From Eledone cirrhosa (taxonomy: Eukaryota): 64,000 nt of DNA. Both the position numbers and the translations under genes were made by a program. The DNA lies in NCBI GenBank assembly GCA_964016885.1, contig OZ024743.1, positions 324,322,001-324,386,000 on the forward strand, read 5' to 3'. Within the stretch, counting starts at the first letter, position 1; every line of letters begins with the position of its first letter. The notes under the pieces are model-generated. The model worked only from the letters and a program-made list of their open reading frames with translations, did not search any database and was not told where the DNA came from. This document shows positions 38,605-50,898 of the stretch, one piece after another.

Positions 38605-40144
38605 CACCTCCGCCCATGTTTTTCGTGGTCTACCTCTACTGCGTCTTCCTTCTACTGGGATTTCCTGGCACTTCTTTACCTAACGGTCATCCTCCATGCG
38701 CATCACATGTCCATACCATTTCAGCCTTCTCTCCTGCACACCACAACTTATCCCTCTTACACCCAGTTTCTTTCTCAACTCGTCTATGCTTGGTCGTTCA
38801 CGCACATTGACATTGCACATCCAACGGAGCATACTTGCTTCATTTCTCTCCAGCCGTCGCATATCCTCTGCAGTTGCTGCCCATATCTCACTACCATGCA
38901 GCATCGCGCATCTCACACAGGCATCATATCACCGTCCTTTCGTATGCAGGGAGAAACCCTTCTTTGTCAACAGAGGAAGCAGCTCCCTAAACTTCTTCGG
39001 AATACCCCCCTCCACTGCTAATCTGATCACCTAGGTACCGGAAGTTATCCTCCACTTCTATAGAACCCACCTGCATTGGAAAAATGTGTCTATCACTGCG
39101 ATTACTACTGCCAACTTTCCCTGTACATCTACTGCATACGCAGTTTTCCCTACCTGTTAGTTTGCCTGCTATCCCGCTACATCTCTTGTGTATGCAAGAT
39201 CTGCATTGTGTACATTTTATGGAATTTATGCCAGTTCCTTTCCTACATATCGAACATGGCCATTTCACTGATTGAATCAGAGTATTGTCCTCTCTTCTAC
39301 TTATCAACACTTTTGTCTTAGCTATGTTCACTCTCAGTCCTCTTGATTCCAACTGCTGTTTCCATAGCCAGAATTTATTCTCTAGCTCCTCTACTGATTC
39401 TGCTATAAGAACCAGATCATCAGCATAGAGAAGTTCCCATGGGCATCCAGTTTTAAACTCCTCTGTTATGGCTTAGAGGACTATAATGAACAAGAGCGGG
39501 CTGAGGACCAAACCCTGATGTATACCTCACTAAACTCCATTCCTACTCTCACTTTATTGACAGCATCCTTGTACATAGCTTGCACTGTCCTCACAAGCCA
39601 TTCCTCTACACCTAGTTTCCTTAGGGACCACCAGATGACAGATCGGGGTACCCTATCAAAGGCCTTCTCTAAGGTCAACAAAGGCTAAGTATAGTGGCTT
39701 ATTCTTCTCTCAGAACTTCTCTTGTAGTTGCCTCACTAAGATGAGGGCATCTGTTGTACTTTTCCGAGGCACAAAACCAAACTGCATCTCATATAATTTG
39801 ACCCTTTCTCTAATTAGTTGCATTAATATTCTCTCTGCCACTTTCATAACCTGTTCCATCAGCTTTATGTCCCTATAATTGCTCCTCTCTAGAGCATCCC
39901 CTTTACCTTTGTAGCAATTTATGAGAATACTGCTGCACCAGTCTTTGGGTATGACACCACCATAAATAGCTTGATTGATGATGCGTGCAACCAGTTTAGT
40001 GCCAACTTCTGATGCCTTCAGCATCTCAGCCACTATCCCCGATGGTCCAGCAGCCTTACCATTCTTCATTTCCTTATTTGCCTCTTGTACCCTATATTTG
40101 TCACTCTCAATTGCTGATCCGTCTGTCGGGTCTACTGGGAGGTA
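38605..40144 (-). mobile_element. 5'-truncated, decayed RTE LINE with PHD-like finger
   Basis: [53 protein letters not shown]; frameshifts and stops. Confidence 0.92.
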
Positions 40145-40238
40145 ATATGTATATATGTATATATGTATATATGTATGTATATATGTATATATGTATAAAT
40201 GTATGTATGTATATATGCATGTATGTATATATGTATAT

Positions 40239-42451
40239 CACCAGTTGCGCCTCTTAGGACAAAGGATGGCAATCAGCTCCTTAGAGATCCCAATGATATC
40301 GTGTTGAGATGGCGGGAACACTTTGACGAGCTTCTCAATAGGGATTCAGAGGTTGACAAAGAGTTTATCAGGTCCATACCTGATAAGCCAGTAAAGGAAA
40401 TCCTTGCTGAGCCTCCAACGATCGAGGAGGTTAAAAGTGCTGTCTGGAAACTCAATGGTGGGAAGTCGCCTGGATTGGATGGGCTGTATGCTGAGATCTT
40501 GAAGCACGGTGGAGAGAATCTCTTGCACCGACTTCATTATTTGGTTCTGGATGCCTGGAACAACAATCATGTTCCCGATGACTGGAAGGATGCTGTGATG
40601 GTTGTTTTGTACAAGGGAAAGGGAGACAGGGATGACTGCGGAAACTATCGTGGGATATCACTGTTGTCTGTTGGCGGCAAAGTTCTCTGTAGAATTCTGT
40701 TGGACCGTCTATTGCTCCACATTGCTGATGAAGCTCTGCCAGAGTCGCAATTGGGCTTTCGGGCTGGGCGTGGCACTGTGGACATGATCTTTACAGCCAG
40801 ACAACTGCAGGAAAAGTGTGTTGAGCAGAATGTGGATCTCTATCAGGTGTTTGTTGATCTAACAAAGGCGTTTGACACGGTCAACAGAAGGCTTTATGGG
40901 ATATCTTGAGTAAGTTGGGGTGCCCTGAGAAGTTTGTTTCCATTTTGCGTTTGTTCCATGATGACATGAAGGCATGGGTAAATGTTGGTGGAAAGCTCTC
41001 TGAGCTGGTGACGGTCGAGAATGGAGTCAAACAGGGTGACATTCCAGCTCCAACGCTCTTTGCTTTGTACTTCTCCATTGTCTTCGAACAGGCCTTCGAG
41101 AACTGCAATCATGGTATATATGTTCGCTATCGATCACCTGGAAAGCTGTTTAATATCAGGAGGTTCAATGCTAAGTCAAAGGTTCATTTGTCACTAATCA
41201 GGGATTTGCTTTATGCAGATGACTGTGACCTGGTAGCGCACACTGAGATTGATATGCAGCATCTCATGGATGCATTTTCTAATGCGTGTACTGCATTGGG
41301 ACTTACCATAAGCCTGAAAAAGACAGTAGCCATGTACCAACCAGCCCCTGGGAAGCCATTTTGTGAGCCCAACATCTTGGTTTATGGTGAACGGCTAAGG
41401 TTCGTTGGCAGTTTTGTATATCTTGGAAGCACTCTGAGTATGTCCTGCGATCTTGATGGGGAAATATCAAACTGGGATACAGAAAGCCAGTGATGCTTTT
41501 GGAAAACTGAACAAGTGTCTCTGGTCTCAACACGGAATTTCGGTAAAGACAAAGCTCAAAGTGTATCATGTGTGTGTGCTCGCGGCACTTCTTTATGCTT
41601 GTGAGACGTGGGTGGTCTACCGTAGACAGATGAAGCGACTTGAGAGGTTCCACTAGTACTGCTTACTTCGGATCCTCGGCATAACTTGGCAAATGTTTGT
41701 CAGTGACGTCGAGGTTCTGGATAGAAGTGGCTGTGATAGTGTCGAGTCCTTGATTTTGAAACATCAGCTGCGCTGGACAGGCCATCTTGTAAGGATGAAT
41801 GACAAGCGAATGCCAAAGCAGCTGCTTTATGGCGAGCTCCAAATGGGAAAAAGGAACGCGAGCAAACCCAAGATGCGTTTTAAGGACTGCATCAAGAGGG
41901 CGCTCAAGAAAAGTAACATCCCTTGTGAGCACTGGGAAGCATGCGCTAGTGACCGATCGCAGTGGAGGAAAGCAGTGGCTAGTGGCAAGAGTCTATTTGA
42001 GGAAACAAGAAGAAGGCACGCGACACTAAAAAGAGATGTCCGGAAAGGAATCCATGTTGGCCTTCCCGAAGGCACTGACAGACGGCCTGACCTGACATGT
42101 GAGACCTGTAATAGGGCTTGTCTGAGCATGGCAGGTCTAAAGAGTCACCTGAGAGTGCACAAGAACAGGGAAGGAGGCACCTGTAGGGCTATAAGTGTTC
42201 ATCAGACGACGACATGTAATGTTTGTGGAAGGGTATGCAGGTCGAGTAGTGATCTCACACGACACCTTGGGTCACATGGTGCCATGGGCCCAACACTAGC
42301 TGTCAATAATTGTCACAAGTGTCGTGTTTGTACCAGAGTTTTCAAGTCGCTGGCTGGACTAAAAAGCCACACTCGTTCAGCGTATCGGTAGGGGTTCTCC
42401 TACATGGATATAAAGTAGTGGCCGTACTCGAAAACGAGTTGGCAGCCACCA
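40239..42451 (+). mobile_element. 5'-truncated RTE (BovB-like) LINE with C-terminal C2H2 fingers
   Basis: RWREHF, KSPGLDG, NYRGISLLS, FVDLTKAFDTV, GVKQG, LLYADD, QLRWTGHL..M...RMPKQLLYGEL; two frameshifts and one stop; flanked by (TATG/TA)n. Confidence 0.93.
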
Positions 42452-42590
42452 TGTATATATGTATGCATATATGTATATATGTATATATATGAATATGTGT
42501 ATATATATGTATATATATATATTTATATATATATATATGTATGTATGTATATATGTATGTATATATGTATATACATGTGTATATACATAT

Positions 42591-42675
42591 ATGGTGGCTG
42601 CCAACTCGTTTTCGAGTACGGCAACTACTTTATATCCATGTAGGAGAACCCCTACCGATGCGCTGAATGAGTGTG
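42591..42675 (-). mobile_element. Short 3' end of the same BovB-like family, tail-to-tail with 40239-42451
   Basis: Reverse complement of ~42368-42452 with a few substitutions. Confidence 0.9.
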
Positions 42676-43552
42676 CGCTGAATTACTGTTGTCATTGTTG
42701 CTGGTGCTGGTGCTGGTGCTGGTGGTGGTAGTGATGGTGGTGAAGGTATTACTTTTGTTGTTGTTATTGTTGTTGGTGGTGGTGGTGATGGTGCTGGTGG
42801 TGTTGGTGATGGTGAAGGTATTACTGTTGTTGTTGTTGTTGTTTTTTGGTGGTGGTTGTTGTTGTTGTTGTTGGTGTTGGAAGTAGTGGTGGTGTTGTTG
42901 GTGGTGTTGTTGGTGATGATAGTGTTGTTTAGCATTTAAACCAGCTGTATCCGGCCAGAATTCTCTCACCTCTTTCTGTTCAAACTAGCTGTAACCGGCC
43001 GCTCATACTGATGTTAAGGTATTGTTCTCAAAATAAATAATATCAAAGCCTCATCGATTTGATATGTGAGATAATTATGAGGTAAAGTCTTTACCGTGGA
43101 AATGTAATAGTTGATATAGTGTAATGTAAATGTTAAAGGGTTAAAATCTTGAAATTGTCAGTTAGACTAGCTTACCCTATAGTGATGTTACGGTATAATT
43201 AGAAACAACCACCAAGAATTAAAAACCAATATGTTATTTCACGTTTCATTTATTAGTTATATTCGACTTTAGAAGAGTTTTTTAAAAATATTTTATTCAA
43301 ATAATATTGGTTTTCATAATTTAAAATATATTTTATGATATCTAAAAATAAAAGGCACAAACAGCATCCTACAAAGGATTTATTTAAAACTAGCAGAATG
43401 GCCCAGCGTTGCTCGGGATTTGCTCTAGGGTTCTTATTTATTTGATATATATTTATCCTTATCGAGCCTCATGAAATAAATACGTTTGTTTATATTTTGT
43501 TATTGTGTATGCAAAAATATCTGTGCACGAATATGTAACTATATATATATAT

Positions 43553-46500
43553 AGGGTAGGCGGCCTTCATGTTACCATTGCTTTAGCAGGGGTCACCTGA
43601 GGGCTTCCTGTCCTAAACTAATGAACCAAAAAAAGGCTCTTCTGCCGACACCCATCAAAACAACACAAGCACCAACACCACCACAACAACAACAACACCA
43701 ACACACAAAAATAACCACAACAAACACAGTCCCACCCAACCCCACTCCACCTAAAACCACTGCAAAATCACATACAGACACAACAGCTCCCCAAGACATA
43801 CCCCTCCCCAATCACACAGACGATACAACAGATGAGGCTATCCCGCCATCACCCAGTGAAGACGAGGGAGAACCCCATCGCTCGAAAAGAAAGAAAAGAC
43901 ATCACAAAAGCAAAAAACCAGCAAACACTACCACAAACATACAACCACCAACACAAACAACAAAAATATCACAAACAAAACCCCCACCTCCTGAAAACAA
44001 AATACCTACAACAAAACGAAAGCACACACAAGAACTACAGACAAAAACAAACACAACACAAGAAAATTACACTTACACTTACATAAACACTGAAAACAAA
44101 ACACTAATGGAGACCATCACGAACGACCCTTCGGTTTTCACCGAAGGGAAAACTTTCGCCCACTCTATTAAAAATAGCAAAAAACTGAACCTAAAACTGA
44201 TTAGGGTCTCTATACAAACTTATAGGTCCCTAAAAGAAACATTTGAGAAGGATGTGGGTAATTCCTGCGTGAAACCACTCAACCGCATCCTTCTCAAATG
44301 CCTCCCCACCCCAGACACCCCCATCCCACCAGACCCCACCCCACCAAACATCTGCGTCCCCACCCCGCCGGAAACCACCACCCATCCAGACAACCCCTCC
44401 AACACCCCCATGGAAATCGTGCGGCCTGGTCCCCAGGAGGCGAAGGGTGAGTGATCTCTTTTCCTCTTTTAACTTTTCAGCACCAACATGGCCAATATAA
44501 GAGTTGGATGTGTGAACGTACGCGGCCTGGGGCTGCCCTGGAAACAGGGCAAACTCTTAAATGACCTCAGGTCGCACAGTTTGGATGTGGTAGCCATTTG
44601 CGAGTCCAGGATCCACGGCGAGCGACAGCTGGCCCCCATCTTCGATGACTTTGAGATCTACGCATCTCTCTGTCAACCGGGGGGTGGGGGCGGAGTTGCC
44701 GTTTTGCTGCGGAAACACCTGGGCCTCGTAACACAGACGGTACATCTGGACCCGGAGGGTCGACTGGTGGTCCTAGACGTTGACGGTAGTGAAGGTGGAG
44801 TGTTCAGGCTGGTGGCCGCATATGCCCCATCCGGGACACCGCGGCCAGACTTCTTCAAACGTCTAGAGACTTTTCTGGGAACGTCCCGCTCCTTGCTTTT
44901 AGTGGGGGACTGGAATGGAATCCTAGATGCACGTTGGGACTATGTGGGAGCATGTCCCGATAAAGGGGGGTGTAACAGCCTCAAACAGTTAATCGACCGA
45001 TTTGACCTGGCCGATAGATATCGACTAGATTTTCCGACTGCGCCACTGTGGACGTGGAGTAATCGTAGCGGAACATCTAGATCGTACCTAGATAGGGTTC
45101 TAGTTAGAAATAAGGATAGGGACATGTTAAGCTGTCCACAAATGTTCATGGTTGCCTATTCAGATCACAAACTAGTGACCTGCATGGCCAACCTTGATAG
45201 AACCCATAGACAAGGACCCGGCTACTGGAAGCTGAACTTGTCGTTACCGACAAGCAAAGCCTACAGTAGACGGATTAGCACTTTAGTTAAACAGCACTTG
45301 ACAGGGGCCATTGTCAACAACAGATGGTGGTACTCTCTCAAGAGGGCAGTTAGATTAGACTCGATAGTTTTTAGTAAAGAATTAGCGTTATATAGAAATA
45401 GAACCGAGAAGGAACTGGTAGATAAAGTAAAAGAGGCAATTAGAAGTGGCAACGTAGCCAGCGTGCTAGCAACGAGAACGGCCTTGGACCAGTTCTTCGA
45501 CGCAAAGCACGAGGGCTGCGTTGTCAGAAGCAAAATACGTGCTCTGGGAAACGAGGGAGCCAAAGCTGTTAGCTGGACCCGAGTGACGGAGGCAAAAAGT
45601 GGCAACAAGTCCACGATTCGGTCTTTGAAGGACCAAAACGGACGCGTGATACGTGAGCCGAAGCAGATGTGTGCGGCTTTTCAGCGGCACTTTGCTCGGC
45701 TGTTCGGGGGAAGCGGCGCGCCGGGAGAGGCTATGGATTTCGGTCCATACCTCGACGGCCTACCGCGACTCTCGGACAGCGAGGCGAAGTTCTGCGAAAA
45801 GCCGATTTCAGCCACTGAGATAGGGGACGCGCTGAGCCAATGCGGCAAACGCAAATCTCCAGGTCTCGACGGTCTACCCTACGAATTTTACGTAGCAATG
45901 CCGGACTTATTCTCCGGTCTCCTGTAAGCGGTCTACTGCAACTGGCAACAGAACGGGAGAATTCCCAGTTCTGTAACCGGGGGCGTGGTCACACTAACCA
46001 GGAAGGACGAGAATAAGGGGGATGACATAGGCAACTTCCGGCCCATAACTCTGCTAAACACAGAGTTACAGATTTTGGCCAAGGTGTTGGCAAAGAGGCT
46101 GGCGCTTGTCGTCGAGAACCTGGTGGGAGAAGCGCAGACATGCGCGATCCCGACCAGGTCCATACACGACAATCTCCACCTCATGCGATACATCATAGAG
46201 AGGGTAGGGTGTAAACCCGGCTTCGGTGGGGCCCTGATCAACTTGGATCAGTCTAAGGCTTTCGATAGGGTTGACCATCGTTACCTGGATGCGGTGCTCG
46301 AGGCGGCAGGCTTCGGACCCGTGTTCAGGGGCTGGATTGCTGCAATGCACAACAGCAACATCTGCTCAAGGGTCAAGGTGAACGGTTACCTCTCGGAGCC
46401 GTTCCATATTACGAGATCCATTCGACAGGGATGCCCTCTCTCCTCCCTTCTGTACGTACTGACTCTCGAGCCACTACTGCGGAAGCTGGAGCTATTGCAG

Positions 46501-48158
46501 GGCATCCCTCTGGAACCGGGACTGCGGAAAGCGGCGTCGGCCTACGCCGACGACGTGACAGTAATGGTGTCGAGCGCCTCGCAAATCGAGGAAGTCGGCA
46601 CCTTACTAAAGGAATACGAAAGTCTCACAGGAGCGAAGCTGAACCGGGACAAGTCCATCGGTTTGCAACTCGGATCGTGGAGAGGCAGACCGATGCCTTC
46701 CGATGGCGTCGTCGGACGCTGGACGGAAGGACCGGTAAAGCTGCTCGGGGTCTGGTTTGGTCCGGACCTCCAGGTGGAGAAGAACTGGAACGAAGTGACG
46801 GCCAAGGTGTTTGCACTCACCCAGAAGTGGGCCGAGTGCAAACTATCCTTGAAAGGTCGAGCGGAGGTGGCGAACACTTTTATAGCGTCCGCCATCTACT
46901 ACCACTTGACCGTCGTGCCTTGTCCAGCCAAAACGCTCGCCAAAATGGAGCGCGCGCTCTTCCGATTCCTTTGGAAGAGGCGGGCTCCTTTGGTGAGAAG
47001 ATCCATCTGCTGCCAACACCCATCTAACGGAGGGCTGGGGATGCCGTAGTTGACGATGCGCAAACACGCGCTCAGGCTGCGGCATCTCTACGTATTCCTC
47101 ACCGGACAACCGGTGTGGGCCCCGTTCGTGAGGCGAGCCTTCCCACGACACGTCTCGCTGACCGAGCTGCAGTCCTGGGTCAAGCAGAGACCGAGGAAAA
47201 TGGGCGACTGGCACATCGAATGTGCTCAGGCGGTCACAGCCCTCTGGTAGGCGGACCCGGCGATCAGTGGAGACTCCACTTCGTCATTCTATAGAGGGTT
47301 GGTCCGCAGCAAGTGCGACGACGCGCTCGGTGAAACTCTAGGCATAGAGGAAGATGAACTGGCCAGTCTGTTCGGTAGGACCTTCCGCCCGGGACCGATG
47401 GACAACTTCCAAAAGTCCCTGGCCTGGCAGTGCTACCGAGGAGCTTTACCAGTTCGAGACAAGCTCTACAGACATGGGCGCCCGGGCAGGGACCCTGCAA
47501 AAAAGATCTGTCCGAGGTGCGTGCGAGACGAAGAAACCGTCGCGCACGCATTCATACACTGCCCGGGCGTCACTGACCTGTGGGGCTATGTAGAACGACT
47601 ATTGTCGCGTGTGGGACCAATCCAGTTGACCACCGAGTCCATTGTCATGATCAAACCGCCACCCTCCTTCAAAAACGAAGGAGAGGCGGTTTTCCTTTGT
47701 GTGATAGCTATGGCGAAAGAGGTTGTATGGTGGACAAGGTTGAAAGGGCTGAGGTCAGACACCTTTCTCTCCGGCCAACAACTGATTCTTTTTTTCAAAT
47801 ACCACTTTGGAAGAAGAATCAGGATGGAGAGAGAGGTGCTGTACCCCAGCAAGTTTTATGAAAGGTGGGTGAAAGTGGCGAGAATGGCCCGAGTGAATGG
47901 GCCTTCTCTCTATATCAGCCTGTAGGTTGAGGAAAAGGAGGAGGAGAGGAAGGGAGTACAAACTCTTCGTACTCCTGGAGATGAGGGTTGCACATTTCTT
48001 CGGGGGTATGTGTTACCCATATAAACTGTCTCCCCTATTGGGGAAAATCGACTAACTTTTTAAATTGCATTTGTGATAACATTTTACACGTTTTTATTGT
48101 ATGTAAATTTCCCCCTTTGTATTTGTCCCCTTCTTTTGTGCCCCTGTGGCTAATAAAG

Positions 48159-48161
<3 letters not shown>
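43553..48161 (+). mobile_element. 5'-truncated Tx1 LINE copy 3 (same subfamily as copy 1)
   Basis: Begins mid-ORF1 (equivalent to copy 1 position 19391); highly similar to copy 1 through the 3' end; (TA)n on both sides. Confidence 0.95.
44488..47925 (+). pseudogene. Tx1 ORF2, one reading frame with three in-frame stops (45925, 47047, 47248)
   Basis: APE, RT (YADDV) and zinc-knuckle motifs all in one frame. Confidence 0.93.
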
Positions 48162-48196
<35 letters not shown>

Positions 48197-49774
48197 ACTA
48201 AGCACCCTTGCTATATTAACACATTTTGATCTGCTTAACTTCAAGAACTATGCCTGTAAATAACATTATTTTTTTCTTTCACATTGACTTTTTATGCTCC
48301 ACATTGCACCCCTTTTTTTCTTTATTCTTTTTTCTTTTCACTTCATGAACCTTGTTTGTAAATAACATTATTCTTTCTGCACCATTTCTTTAACATGTGC
48401 AACCCCACCATTCTACACCAATACATACCACTATCAGTTGATAATGCATAAAAATGCTGAAACCGGTAATAGACAATTATTAAATATATAAATAGATAAA
48501 TAAAAGCCATTGTTAATTAATAAATAAATCAACTAATACCTTAACACTTCACACAAAGTAAAACATTTCGTTTTAATCATTTTCTAACCCAGAAAAAAGA
48601 GAGAAATAAATAAAAAGGGAAAACTGTTATATATATTTATATATATATATATATATATATATTAAAATAATAGATTAAAGTTTAAGCAAAGAATCGCTGC
48701 TTTCACCCTTAACGGGACCTTCTGAAACTAAAAAAATCAATCTGTGAACGCAGAAGTAAATATTTCGAAAAACGTTACACACTATATATATATACACACA
48801 CTGTATATACATATATACACACACACACACAGATAGCGACGTCATAATGTCGTAATGCAGACAGCCAGACATACAGACAGATATTATAAGGGCGCAACGT
48901 TATATCTATGTATCTATCTAAAAAGAAAGACTAAGAATTATAGAGAGAGATCGCTAAATCGCCTAATGCGGTTCCTAGGGCATTGAAAATTTGAAATATG
49001 TTTTGCTCAAAACACTAACAGGACCATAAGTATTACATGTGTAAAGTTTGAAAACAATCGGTTGGGTGGTTCTCGAGTTTTAGGGAGTCAGACAGACAGA
49101 CAGGCAGACAGACATTCTCTGTTTTAGATATATAGACTAGCAGAAAACCACCCGGTGGGCGGTTTTCTGCTAGCAAATCTAGTGTATATACTGAAATTTT
49201 AATCATACCATTAGGTGTGAATAAGGAAATATTTTTTTATTGTCAAAACAAATGTTCAAAAGTTAAACTTCAATTTTTTGAATTATTTCCAATTTTTTCA
49301 TGAAATTGAACACTGGACATTGGCTGTTGGAAATGGAAATTAAATCGTATTTAATTGTATTTAAATTTCTAACTTTATTTTATTATTTATATTTTTTCAA
49401 TAAGAAATAAAAAAAACAACAAAAAAAATTGAAGAAAAAAATTGAACAAATCAAACGTAGGTTATGGAACTGCGCAATCTGATTAATAAATTACCTCATC
49501 AGCAGCAACCTTCTTCAAATGGTCCTTATTATCAGCAGCAACAACCACAAATTCAATGGCAACCTTCTTCAAACCACAAATTCAATGGTAACCTTCTTCG
49601 CATGGTGTCAAGTCAGAACCGCCTCGAACTGGTTACTTCTGGCTTGTGCAAGGTGTCTCTATAGCAACCAGCGATTCCCTTGGCCTCAGTGACCAAAGTC
49701 AGTGGAGAGGGGAAGGTAATGTTTCTATAGCACGTGTTTTAGCGTCTATTCACTCTCTCTCTCTCCCTCACTCT

Positions 49775-50505
49775 CTATCTATCGTACAATCATAACGAAC
49801 TCAAGACGACACGATAATTATTTAAGCTAATTTTCAATATCTCATATTAGATGTTTAGTAATGATTAATACGAAATGCACTTAAACCGAATTCTATATTA
49901 TAAATTCACTTAAATAATTATCGTGTCGTCTTGAGTTAGTTATGATTGTACGATAGATAATGATCACAATTGTATAAAAGGATGCCATAGATTGTACGAT
50001 AGATAATGATTACAATATTTTTGAGCAACAACTCTACTCCCACACTTTTGAAAGTTTATTATAACATTCTGTGGCTCCTTTGAGCTTGCGCATTTTTCAG
50101 GTCTAGTTTAATATTTTTTAAAGCAACGCTTGTAATAACTCTAGTTAAACATGATATATATTAATAATAAAGTATCGTTATAATGTAATTAGATTATATA
50201 ATTGTTATTTTATAAATGATCTTATAAATATTATTGTAAGATGTATAAAAATATTTTCAGACATTTAATATAAACAACTACAAAAAACAATCAATATTAA
50301 ATAAATATATTTTACATAATAATTGTTATAGTTGAATTAATAAAAATTAAATATTACATAGTTTCTTTTTTATAAAAGGATGCCACAGAGTGTACGATAG
50401 ATAATGATTACAATATTTTTGAGCTACAACTCTAGTCCCACACTTTTGAAGGTTTATTATAACATTCTGTGGCTCTTTTGAGCTTGTGAATTTTTCAGGT
50501 CTAGT
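49775..50505. repeat. Local inverted repeat (49775-49826 / 49908-49959) and ~135-bp direct repeat (49972-50106 / 50371-50505)
   Basis: Direct reading. Confidence 0.8.
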
Positions 50506-50821
50506 GATAAATTGTTAAAGATGATTAATTAATTGTGTTAAGCAGGGTAATTATAGCTAATTAATTGTATTTCATGTGATGGGTCATGGTTGGTTATTGT
50601 TTGTTATATTTTTTTATCGCTAATTTGGATTTGGGAGTGGGTTCGAGAGAAGTAATTTCAGATATATACACAGATTATATACAGCACTTAATTTTATATA
50701 TACAACACAAAAATAATTTAACAAATGACTGAAACTACCAAAATGAAATATTTTACACATTTATAAAAATAGTTTTTGTACAGCATAGGTTTAAAAGAAA
50801 ATTTAGCACCACCACCATCAC

Positions 50822-50898
<77 letters not shown>

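Larger units (their letters stand above)
43390..49136 (-). mobile_element. Non-autonomous Helitron split by Tx1 copy 3 and a second insert at its internal (TA)n
   Basis: 3' hairpin CCCGAGCAACGCTGGG plus CTAG|T at 43390; 5' TCTATATATCTAAAAC at 49136; 43470-43550 and 48655-48780 are contiguous in the relative at 1868-2070. Confidence 0.8.

Noticed and set aside
49464-49664. Gln-rich 66-aa ORF as a host exon
   Set aside because: Short, internally repetitive, no recognisable domain, and lies in probable Helitron-associated sequence.
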